From NCBI GenBank assembly GCA_034658815.1, contig JAYEFY010000030.1, positions 3,337 to 67,336 of the forward strand: 64,000 nt of DNA. Reading direction: 5' to 3'. The notes beneath the pieces were generated by a model that was not told the origin of the DNA, ran no database searches, and saw nothing but the letters and a program-made list of their open reading frames with translations. This stretch comes from Patescibacteria group bacterium. GTDB taxonomy: Bacteria > Patescibacteriota > Minisyncoccia > Moranbacterales > DUUL01. The position numbers were made by a program, and so were the translations under genes. Positions 27,360 to 35,221 of the stretch are shown in pieces (position 1 is the first letter of the stretch; every line of letters begins with the position of its first letter).

Positions 27360-28385
27360 ATGAAAACCCAAGAACTTATTAAAAGAATTGAAGAAAAAAG
27401 AGGTTCGAAAGTAATCACCTATATTACCAGTGATCGGCAGGGACCGTTAAACGCCAAAGTAGCGATGGATATTATTCCGATAATCAGCAACCAATTGCGG
27501 CAAATTGGAAAAACGGAAGCAATTGACTTGTTGCTTTACAGCACGGGAGGGGACACTATGGTGCCTTGGCGGCTGGTTTCCATGATCCGCGAATACTGTG
27601 ATAAGTTTTCAGTTCTCATTCCTTACAAAGCCCACAGCGCGGCGACAATGATCGCTTTGGGAGCGGATGAAATTGTAATGAGCGATCTTTCCGAGCTTTC
27701 GCCGATTGATCCGTCAACGGCCAATGTTTTTAACCCACAGGATCCTAAAAATCCCCAGGGAAAAATCCCGATTTCCGTGGAAGATGTAATGGCATACTTT
27801 GATCTGGCGAAAAATAAATTCGGGATTAAGAATGATGAAGATTTAACTAAAATTTTTAACAAGTTCGTGGAATCCAACCCGCAAATTCATCCTTTGGCGC
27901 TGGGCAATGTGAACCGAACCCATAATCTCATAAGAATTCTAGCTAAACGTCTTTTGGAAAGCCACCGAGAGCCAATGAGCGGTGATGAGATTGGTAAAAT
28001 CGTGGACTTTCTCACGGAAAAGCTTTATTCCCACCAGTATTTTATCGGCAGGAAAGAAGCCAAGGAAGATTTAGGAATTAAAACAGTGGCTTACGCCGAT
28101 AAAGATTTAGCCGATCTGATGACGCAAGTTTATGAAGAATGCGGAAGCGAAATGAAGATGAATAAAATCTGGAATCCGGAAATTGAACTGGGAGAAAACC
28201 AATCGTTTAATAAAAAGGATTATAAAATCGCTTACATTGAAAGCGCGGCTCTAAGCAATTGTTTTCAATTAACCGTTGAATTTAAAAAAGTCCAGCAAAC
28301 CGTTGCCCAGCCAGCTCCCCAAGGATCCATCAATATCCCGCAGGAACAAGTAGTTTGGAGGGTAATTAAACAAGGGTGGAAGTAA
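27360..28385 (+). CDS. SDH-family (ClpP/crotonase-fold, S49-like) serine protease
   Basis: KAHSAATMIALGADEIVMSDLSELSPIDP matches the SDH_sah/ClpP-class nucleophile region remembered as A.SAGT.IALGADEI.M..LGP.DP. Confidence 0.65.
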   Translation: MKTQELIKRIEEKRGSKVITYITSDRQGPLNAKVAMDIIPIISNQLRQIGKTEAIDLLLYSTGGDTMVPWRLVSMIREYCDKFSVLIPYKAHSAATMIALGADEIVMSDLSELSPIDPSTANVFNPQDPKNPQGKIPISVEDVMAYFDLAKNKFGIKNDEDLTKIFNKFVESNPQIHPLALGNVNRTHNLIRILAKRLLESHREPMSGDEIGKIVDFLTEKLYSHQYFIGRKEAKEDLGIKTVAYADKDLADLMTQVYEECGSEMKMNKIWNPEIELGENQSFNKKDYKIAYIESAALSNCFQLTVEFKKVQQTVAQPAPQGSINIPQEQVVWRVIKQGWK

Positions 28386-29047
28386 ATATGAAGGAATTTA
28401 AATATAAAAACTATTCTATGATAATAGATGAGTCTGGGATAGATTCATTTAAATACTTAACGAGTTCAAATAATTTGAGTAGTTTTGATATTTTTTCTTT
28501 TCTTGATAGCAATAATATTGATCTGATCGTAACAAAAAATTCAACTAAAGAATTAGTTAAGCAGCCATATTTTCCGTGTTTGTTTGCAGGAGAACATGTT
28601 ATAGAATCAATTAATCATAAAGTAAGCCAGACGAGTGCGAGCGATTCACAAAATAACTTAGGAATCTCTAGCTTCAATCTTACTCTTACGAGTACTGCAA
28701 TTGATCAGGCTGCTTATCCTATAAGTGTTTGTAATCCTGAAATTAAAGATAATCTTTGGAGCTATACAAAATTTTGGCCAAGATTGTCAGAAGTAGATAA
28801 AAGTATTTTATATGTATGCAGATCACTTTCTCTTGAAAGAGATAATTTTTTTGTTTTGGTAAATGATAATGATTTAATATATCAGCTAGATTTTGAGGGT
28901 TTTTCCTATTTAAGGAATAGTCAATTTTTAAAATATATGACCAAAAATCATATTATTTCATCTCAAAAAGGTGTAGCTGGATTTGGCAAATGGAGTACTT
29001 ATGATCCGCAATGGATTAAGAAAGACACAACCTTTAAAGATATTTGA
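28376..29047 (+). CDS. hypothetical protein (AT-rich; overlaps protease gene by 10 nt, GTG start)
   Basis: ORF only. No recognisable motif. Translational coupling to the protease gene. Confidence 0.4.
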   Translation: MEVNMKEFKYKNYSMIIDESGIDSFKYLTSSNNLSSFDIFSFLDSNNIDLIVTKNSTKELVKQPYFPCLFAGEHVIESINHKVSQTSASDSQNNLGISSFNLTLTSTAIDQAAYPISVCNPEIKDNLWSYTKFWPRLSEVDKSILYVCRSLSLERDNFFVLVNDNDLIYQLDFEGFSYLRNSQFLKYMTKNHIISSQKGVAGFGKWSTYDPQWIKKDTTFKDI

Positions 29048-29204
29048 ATAAGTATTAAATAAATTTATGCAAAACAGAACTCTTTATTTTGGTGATAATT
29101 TGGAAATCTTGCGCAAGAAAATTGCGGATGAGAGTTTTGACAAATCGGAATTTGAAAAAGTTTAAAGAAAATTTTTGAGTTTCAGTTAGTTTATTTTAAA
29201 ATAT

Positions 29205-29930
29205 ATGAAGCAACATGAAGCAGTTATAAAAACAATGGAAGAAAGCGGCGGTTTTGCAACACTTGGTTTTTTAAATCAAAATGTCGATGTTTCCAATTGG
29301 AAAACAAAAACACCTTTTGCAAGCATCAGGCGCATTGTTCAAGATGCCAGATTTTTCTTTAAAATAAGACCCGGCCTTTGGGCTTTAAAAACTTATAAAA
29401 ATAAATTGCCTGAAAATATTTTTCCAGCAGAAGAAATTTCTGAAACAAAACAAGAAGAGTTTAATCATTCGTATTACCAAGGACTGCTTGTGGAAATAGG
29501 CAATATTAAAAAACAAGAGACATTTGTGCCATATCAAGATAAGAACAAAAAATATTTAGAAAAAAGTTTGTCCGAAGTAACGACTGTTAAAAAGTTCTAT
29601 AATTTTACCTATGAAGATTTATTAAGAAGTGCGATGACAATTGATGTTGTTTGGTTTAATAAGAGAAAAATGCCGTCCAATTTTTTTGAAGTAGAGCATA
29701 CTACAGACATTAAAAACTCTCTTGGCAAGTTTGTTCAACTGCAAGACTTTTACACAAAATTTTATATTGTAGCTGATATTGCAAGAAAAAGAGAATATAA
29801 TGACAAATTAAAATTAAGTATATTTAATTCTGTTCAAAGCAGAGTTAATTTTATTGACTATGAAAGTTTATCTAACTGGCATACAAAAAGTTTTGAAGTA
29901 TGTAAATTAGAAAATAATTTTAATTTTTAA
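29205..29930 (+). CDS. hypothetical protein: N-terminal winged-helix (Mrr_N/HARE-HTH-like) plus C-terminal nuclease-like region
   Basis: N-terminus PFASIRRIVQDARFFFKIRPGLWALKTY resembles the Mrr N-domain ending ..G.WA..Y. The C-terminus IDVVWF..FFEVEHTTDIK has a D..E.E..K pattern. Very AT-rich. Confidence 0.35.
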   Translation: MKQHEAVIKTMEESGGFATLGFLNQNVDVSNWKTKTPFASIRRIVQDARFFFKIRPGLWALKTYKNKLPENIFPAEEISETKQEEFNHSYYQGLLVEIGNIKKQETFVPYQDKNKKYLEKSLSEVTTVKKFYNFTYEDLLRSAMTIDVVWFNKRKMPSNFFEVEHTTDIKNSLGKFVQLQDFYTKFYIVADIARKREYNDKLKLSIFNSVQSRVNFIDYESLSNWHTKSFEVCKLENNFNF

Positions 29931-29933
29931 AAA

Positions 29934-30092
29934 ATGAAACTAAAAGATTTTATTAAAAAATTAGAGAATATTGTAAATAAACATGGAAATGATATAGAGG
30001 TTATTATGGCTGATAATATTTCTGTGGTTAATCCTGTTTTTTCAAAAAAATATCCAAGTGGGAAAAATGTGATTATAACTGATGAGAAATAG
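29934..30092 (+). CDS. small hypothetical protein (52 aa)
   Basis: The ATG lies 3 nt after the upstream stop. Not in the supplied ORF track because it is under 60 aa. Translated manually. Confidence 0.25.
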   Translation: MKLKDFIKKLENIVNKHGNDIEVIMADNISVVNPVFSKKYPSGKNVIITDEK

Positions 30093-30103
30093 GAACTCAA
30101 GAA

Positions 30104-30334
30104 GTGGCTGGCTCTACGGATGAAAAATTGCAAACTTGCGATTTTAAAATTAAGCAGTATAGAAAGCTCCTATCGCGATTAAATATTGAAGTGCAGTATA
30201 TTTATATTCTAAATGATTGGTTCAAAAAGCCAGAATATAAAGATATTTTGGACTATATTATTTCAATAAACGGCTGTTCATATTATTTTAATTATTTGCC
30301 GTTGCAAAAAATCGGTTTACCAATACCAGAATGA
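30104..30334 (+). CDS. small hypothetical protein (76 aa)
   Basis: ORF only. Confidence 0.3.
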   Translation: MAGSTDEKLQTCDFKIKQYRKLLSRLNIEVQYIYILNDWFKKPEYKDILDYIISINGCSYYFNYLPLQKIGLPIPE

Positions 30335-30437
30335 TAGTGAACAGTAAAATTGCCAGTGGTTTTTGCAAGAAACTGTTACAAGGAGACTAAACTTGCTAAG
30401 CTAAAAAAAATAATTCTAACCAAGTTAAAATGGAATT

Positions 30438-31145
30438 ATGAATTCTAAAAAAACTATTGTCATTTCTTTAGGAGGATCGCTAATTGTTCCGGAAGAAGTT
30501 GATTGGAGATTCTTGAAGAAATTTCGCGAATCAATTATTGGGCAAATTCACAAAAACAGGCGATTTGTGATTGTTACCGGAGGAGGGAATACTGCGCGAA
30601 AATATCAAAAAGCTGCGGGCAAAGTAACGAAATTAACTCGTGATGACATGGACTGGATCGGCGTTCATTCAACGCGGCTCAACGCTCATTTGATCAAAAC
30701 CATCTTTCGGCGGTACGCGCATCCTCGTATCAATAAAAACCCGCGCACAAAAGCCGATCTACAAAAACATTTCGCGCATAAAGAGGGAATTGTAGTTGCC
30801 GCCGGATGGCGCCCAGGCTGGTCAACAGATTACGTTGCCACAATTTTAGCTGAACGATTCAAGGCAAAAACAATCATCAATCTTTCTAATATTAAATATG
30901 TCTACGACAAAGATCCCAAAAAGCATAAGGACGCGAAAAAGATCAAAGAGATCTCCTGGAAAGATTTTCGCAAGATAGTGGGGAATAAGTGGGATCCCGG
31001 GCTCAATATGCCATTTGACCCAGTGGCTTCAAAACACGCGCAAAAACTGGGACTCAAAGTTATCATCGCAAAAGGGAAAAATATCAAAAACCTAGAAAAG
31101 ATTTTTAAAGGGGAAAAATTTCAGGGGACTATGATTGAAGGATGA
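30438..31145 (+). CDS. pyrH: UMP kinase, archaeal-type (amino-acid-kinase family)
   Basis: IVISLGGSLIVPE and VVTGGGNTAR resemble archaeal UMPK rather than bacterial PyrH. An isopentenyl-phosphate kinase is the alternative. Confidence 0.6.
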   Translation: MNSKKTIVISLGGSLIVPEEVDWRFLKKFRESIIGQIHKNRRFVIVTGGGNTARKYQKAAGKVTKLTRDDMDWIGVHSTRLNAHLIKTIFRRYAHPRINKNPRTKADLQKHFAHKEGIVVAAGWRPGWSTDYVATILAERFKAKTIINLSNIKYVYDKDPKKHKDAKKIKEISWKDFRKIVGNKWDPGLNMPFDPVASKHAQKLGLKVIIAKGKNIKNLEKIFKGEKFQGTMIEG

Positions 31146-31297
31146 CTTATAATTAATTACGAATTACGGATAGAAAAACCAAGACTTAAGAAAGAATACT
31201 TGTTTGATCTTATTGATTGTAGTATACTGAATCAGGAGGGAAGCTAGAATGAAAAGAAGCTCCGAAGAAAAAATTCTGCTTAAAAGGAGGTGGAAAA

Positions 31298-31423
31298 ATG
31301 TATTATACAGGTGTAGTTCTGTATACTTTATTTTATTCAGCTGTTTCTCTAATTCTTCCAAAGAAGGTTAGGAAATGGCTGAAAGATTACATCGAATTTA
31401 AACTGCCAATGATGAGAAACTAG
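31298..31423 (+). CDS. small hydrophobic protein (41 aa, one TM helix)
   Basis: SD AAGGAGGTG lies 6 nt upstream. MYYTGVVLYTLFYSAVSLILPKK. Followed directly by a terminator. It overlaps an alternative 40 aa ORF (31249..31371) that also has a strong SD. Confidence 0.35.
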   Translation: MYYTGVVLYTLFYSAVSLILPKKVRKWLKDYIEFKLPMMRN

Positions 31424-31442
31424 ATCTTTATTGGCGCAAAAA

Positions 31443-31466
31443 GGCTGAAATTCAGCCTTTTTTATT
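31443..31466 (+). terminator. rho-independent terminator (GGCTGA-aat-TCAGCC + T6)
   Basis: A perfect hairpin followed by TTTTTT. Confidence 0.6.
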
Positions 31467-31478
31467 GGTTCTAAATCC

Positions 31479-31952
31479 ATGTTTTTGTTGGTAAATCAAG
31501 AAGTGTGCTATAATTCAATATTAATACACTTGAAACGCATGGAAAAAAGTTTACTTAAGCAATCTTTTCAAAAAGCCATTCAGTCTTTTAAAGTTTCTTT
31601 GCCGATGATGTTCGGAATTTTATTGCTGATCAGTCTTTTAAATACCGGCTGGCAAGGGTATTACGAGCGTATTTTTACCGGCAATGTGTTTTTAGATCCG
31701 TTGATTGGCGCTTTAGCTGGCAGTATTTCTTTTGGCATTCCGATAGTAAGCTATATTGCTGGCGGGGAACTGCTGGAACAAGGAGTCAGCTTGCTGGCGG
31801 TAACGGCCTTTATGCTGGCTTGGGCCACCGTCGGTATAGCTATGCTGCCGTTAGAAGCCAAATTTTTGGGCTGGCGGTTTGCTTTGGTAAGAAACGCTGT
31901 CAACTTTATTTTTGCCATTGTGATTGCTATCTTAACTGTTTATACAATTTAG
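31479..31952 (+). CDS. predicted permease, N-terminal half (DUF318/two-component permease-like)
   Basis: A polytopic membrane protein. It is followed, after the repeat element, by a second similar-size membrane ORF. Confidence 0.45.
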   Translation: MFLLVNQEVCYNSILIHLKRMEKSLLKQSFQKAIQSFKVSLPMMFGILLLISLLNTGWQGYYERIFTGNVFLDPLIGALAGSISFGIPIVSYIAGGELLEQGVSLLAVTAFMLAWATVGIAMLPLEAKFLGWRFALVRNAVNFIFAIVIAILTVYTI

Positions 31953-31962
31953 GATAATGAAT

Positions 31963-32155
31963 GTTAGAAATTAGAGCGTTATTTACAATATTGCCACTCT
32001 TTTGTCATCCCGAACGAAATGAGTGAAGTATGAACGAATGAAGTCGAGGGATCACTTCGCGTAAATAAGTTCACGACCAAGGGATTCTTCATCCCGAGTA
32101 CTCGGGACTCAGAATGACAAGGATGAAAGTGTAAACAACGCTAGAGTTTCTTACA
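31963..32155 (+). repeat. palindromic MITE-like repeat element, copy A (expanded, about 193 bp)
   Basis: Imperfect terminal inverted repeats gttagaaattagagcgttatttaca / tgtaaacaacgctagagtttcttac. Internal palindrome cccgagtactcggg. It has an about 88-bp extra segment relative to copy B. Confidence 0.6.
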
Positions 32156-32166
32156 AATTTAGGGCA

Positions 32167-32706
32167 ATGAACAACCAAGTAAAAAAACAGAAGATAGGTG
32201 GTGGTACAAAGTTTTTAATGGCAGTTTTGATTTTATACGCGGTTATGGCCTTGTCTAATTTTCAATTTGCGTCTGAAGCTTTTTTAAGTTTTTTGCGTAT
32301 GTTAGTCCGTATCACCCCGATATTAATTGTAGTATTTTTTATTATAGCAGGAGTCAACTTTTACTTCACTCCCCAAAAAGTTAAGAAATATCTGGGACAT
32401 GGTTCCGGCTTCAAAGGATGGCTGTACGCTGTTATTTCCGGAATTTTAGTTTCCGGTCCGCCGTATATATTATTTCCGCTTTTAGGAGAACTAAAAGAAC
32501 GCGGAATGAAAAATTCTCTGCTGGCTGTGTTTCTATACAATAGAAATGTAAAAATACCATTTTTGCCGGTAATGGTATTTTATTTTGGCTTAAGTTTCAC
32601 TGTTGCCGTTTCCGTATTTATAATTTTCTTTTCTATTTTGAACGGCTTGTTGTTAGGATGGTGGGTAGCGGACAATCAAAAAATTTATAACAAAGAAGCC
32701 AAGTAG
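32167..32706 (+). CDS. predicted permease, C-terminal half
   Basis: A polytopic membrane protein that starts 12 nt after the repeat end. Confidence 0.45.
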   Translation: MNNQVKKQKIGGGTKFLMAVLILYAVMALSNFQFASEAFLSFLRMLVRITPILIVVFFIIAGVNFYFTPQKVKKYLGHGSGFKGWLYAVISGILVSGPPYILFPLLGELKERGMKNSLLAVFLYNRNVKIPFLPVMVFYFGLSFTVAVSVFIIFFSILNGLLLGWWVADNQKIYNKEAK

Positions 32707-32716
32707 CCGTTTCTGC

Positions 32717-33850
32717 TTAGCTCCTATTTTTTTTTATACTCAAACCCCAGCTTTCTCTGGCAAGCTCGCGGGTTTTTTCTATCTCTTTTTTTTCGGGTAA
32801 GGGAAGTGTTTCCATCACTTTCTTGAGTTGAGTTTGATTAAGTTTCACGACCGTGTCCCACAAGTCTTTTTTCTCAAGAATTTCTTTGAGCTTGTCCTCG
32901 TTGTAAGCAAAGGTTTGGCGGTGTGTTTTCGCGACAATTTTGTTCTCTCCGAACAGCCGTTCGACATTTTCTTGCTCCATGATCTCAAGAATTTTTTGCT
33001 GAAGTTCGGCGGCTTTCCTTCGTTCGCTTTTCGCGTTTTCTTGCGCTTTTAAATACTCTTCAATAATTTTCTTTTGCTGTCTGTCATCAAACGTTTCTTC
33101 TTTGAATTTGTGTTTCCACATAGGGCAAATTTTTTGGTGTTCACACCAACCGCACAAAGGACTCATGATGGCAGGGAAGTCCGAATTCTTGATTTGATGA
33201 ATAATTTCCATGACTTCCTTTCGTCCTTTTTGAAGTTCTTCTGTTGTTTTGGTTGAGCTTAATTTTGCTGAATGTCGCAGGAAATACAATGATAAGCTAA
33301 TATTGCCAAGACCGCTTTCTTCTTTTGGATAGCGCTTCAAAAAAGCCAGAAGATAGATCAATAATTGCAAGTTGTCATCAATTGACTTTTGCGGAGGCAT
33401 TTTTTTTGAAGTCTTATAATCAATGATCTCATATCCTTTATCTGTTTTATCGATTCGATCAATAATACCGGAAATAAAATGTTTTTCTTTTGATTCGCTA
33501 TCTTCAAGTTCAATGACGAACCGTGACTCAAGATCAACAATTTTTGCCATGGCCGGGTCATTTTTTTGGTAGTATAGCTGGATAATGTTAATTCCTTGCG
33601 CGAAGGCTGACCGTTCATTTATCTCATCATCGAAAACATCAGGATTCCAATGGGTCGAAAAGTGATTTAGAGCCTCTTTGAGCGATGGATTGGTAAATCC
33701 TCCGCTATGGATAAACTTCATCGTATCATGGATAAGTGTTCCAAATACGGCTTCGGGAGATTTTTTGGTTTTGATCCTGTCGACTACCTGGAATTTATAT
33801 TTTAGCGGGCATGTTTTAAATGTATTGAGCGCGGAGAAAGAAGTATTCAT
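32717..33850 (-). CDS. PD-(D/E)xK nuclease, Cas4/RecB-like with 4-Cys Fe-S motif (standalone)
   Basis: N-terminus TCPLKYKF. Nuclease motifs GIIDRID..EIIDYKTSK. C-terminus CGWCEHQKIC. No neighbouring cas genes. Confidence 0.7.
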   Translation of the reverse strand: MNTSFSALNTFKTCPLKYKFQVVDRIKTKKSPEAVFGTLIHDTMKFIHSGGFTNPSLKEALNHFSTHWNPDVFDDEINERSAFAQGINIIQLYYQKNDPAMAKIVDLESRFVIELEDSESKEKHFISGIIDRIDKTDKGYEIIDYKTSKKMPPQKSIDDNLQLLIYLLAFLKRYPKEESGLGNISLSLYFLRHSAKLSSTKTTEELQKGRKEVMEIIHQIKNSDFPAIMSPLCGWCEHQKICPMWKHKFKEETFDDRQQKKIIEEYLKAQENAKSERRKAAELQQKILEIMEQENVERLFGENKIVAKTHRQTFAYNEDKLKEILEKKDLWDTVVKLNQTQLKKVMETLPLPEKKEIEKTRELARESWGLSIKKNRS

Positions 33851-33912
33851 GGAGTAGTTTAAAATTTACAATTTTTTTAAGCTCGAAAGGGAAGCAGTGC
33901 GACAATATGGTG

Positions 33913-34509
33913 TTATTGCTTTTTTATGTTAATGACAACGCCATATAGTTTTATATCATCATAACACAGCCATCCCATATCACGCGAGTCAAAAGAGTTG
34001 TTTTGATTGTCTCCCAAAACCCAATAGCAGCCGTTTTTATCGATTTCATACAATCTCTTAGTATAGGGACTGTTACCAAGCTAACTCCTACCAAAAATTG
34101 TTAATTTTACCCACAGCTTTGAAAAAAATTATTGCCTATGCTAATGCATAACCAAAAATTTTATTTCTTCTCTGTGAATAAAATTTCCTAGTCCCGAGTA
34201 CTCGGGACTAACGCCTGCCTGCCGGTAGGCAGGGAGCTAGCTCGGAAACAATCCCTGGAGAATTTCATCAGAAGAGACGTTCGGGCAGGTTAGGCAGGAA
34301 AAAACGATAATATCACCCGGTTTCGGCTCTTGTTTCGGATCCACGGTTAATTCGTCACCGTCAGACAAGGTTGGCTCCATTGAGTTGCCGGTTCCCAGAA
34401 AAACATCATATCGATCTGAAGGCAAAAAATAAAAGCCGACTACCAGAAAAGTTACGGCAATAATGAATACAACCAAATAAAATCCTTTTGAAAGTTCTCC
34501 TTCTCTCAT
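33913..34509 (-). pseudogene. lepB: signal peptidase I (LepB/S26) pseudogene with decayed, stop-containing middle section
   Basis: N-fragment 34237..34509 has TM plus GNSMEPTL (Ser box) and GDIIVF. C-fragment 33913..34080 has YWVLGDNQNNSFDSRDMGW (box D/E). Both are in the same frame. They are separated by 156 nt carrying 4 in-frame stops and two perfect palindromes. Confidence 0.55.
34189..34233. repeat. repeat-family core palindrome (tagtcccgagta|ctcgggacta) plus second hairpin (cctgcct-gccggt-aggcagg), copy D
   Basis: A 22-bp perfect palindrome sharing the cccgagtactcggg core with copies A and B. It sits inside the lepB pseudogene. Confidence 0.45.
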
Positions 34510-34793
34510 ATATTTGTAAAGACAGGGAGGGCAGGCGGGGTATAGTTATGATTAGCCATAAAATAACATAAAGAGGCGCTAGAGAGGATAAACACACAAC
34601 GTCGCACAATGTATATTATGCGACTCAACATTCTTTTCTACTGCATCATTCATCATTCCCGGTATTCTATTTGCATTTGCCCTGCGCGCTTTCTTTCTTT
34701 ATTACTATGTTCAGAAAATAAGCAATTAGCATTCAGTAGCGGCTAACTGTGGCAATTGATTGATGTCCAGTGCTACCTACCTACCAGTGGGTT

Positions 34794-35051
34794 TTACTCA
34801 ACCTGGTAATTTTCAACTTGATCTTGCTGAATTTTATTTAGATTAGCTTCAAACTGTTTCATTTGGTTGTTTACTTGATCCTCAATCTGTTTTACTTGAT
34901 CCTCAGCTTGTTTTTTTGTTTCAACCGCAGTCCGGTAGCGGTTTGAATAATAAGTACCCGCTAAAACCATAATTATTGCCAAAACAAGCAATAAAATAAT
35001 CAGAGCAAACCCATTTTGATTTTTGTCTTTTGTAAATTTAGAAGTTCTCAT
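34794..35051 (-). CDS. small membrane-anchored coiled-coil protein
   Basis: One TM helix followed by a Q/E/K-rich helical tail. Confidence 0.3.
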   Translation of the reverse strand: MRTSKFTKDKNQNGFALIILLLVLAIIMVLAGTYYSNRYRTAVETKKQAEDQVKQIEDQVNNQMKQFEANLNKIQQDQVENYQVE

Positions 35052-35221
35052 GTTATGCGAGCTATGCCAGTAAATTTTTTATTAAAAAACTGTTTCTAAA
35101 TAGGATTGTTTCTAAAATATTCCGGAATATTTTCAAGATCCTTTTTATTCATAAAATATGCTGCTGCTGCTTTTGTTCCTTTCCGCTTCTTCCCTGCTGG
35201 ATAGATTCGGGGAAGCGTTTG

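Noticed and set aside
32717-33850. Cas4 as marker of a CRISPR-Cas locus
   Set aside because: No cas1 or cas2, effector genes or repeat array anywhere in the window. Treated as a standalone PD-(D/E)xK nuclease.
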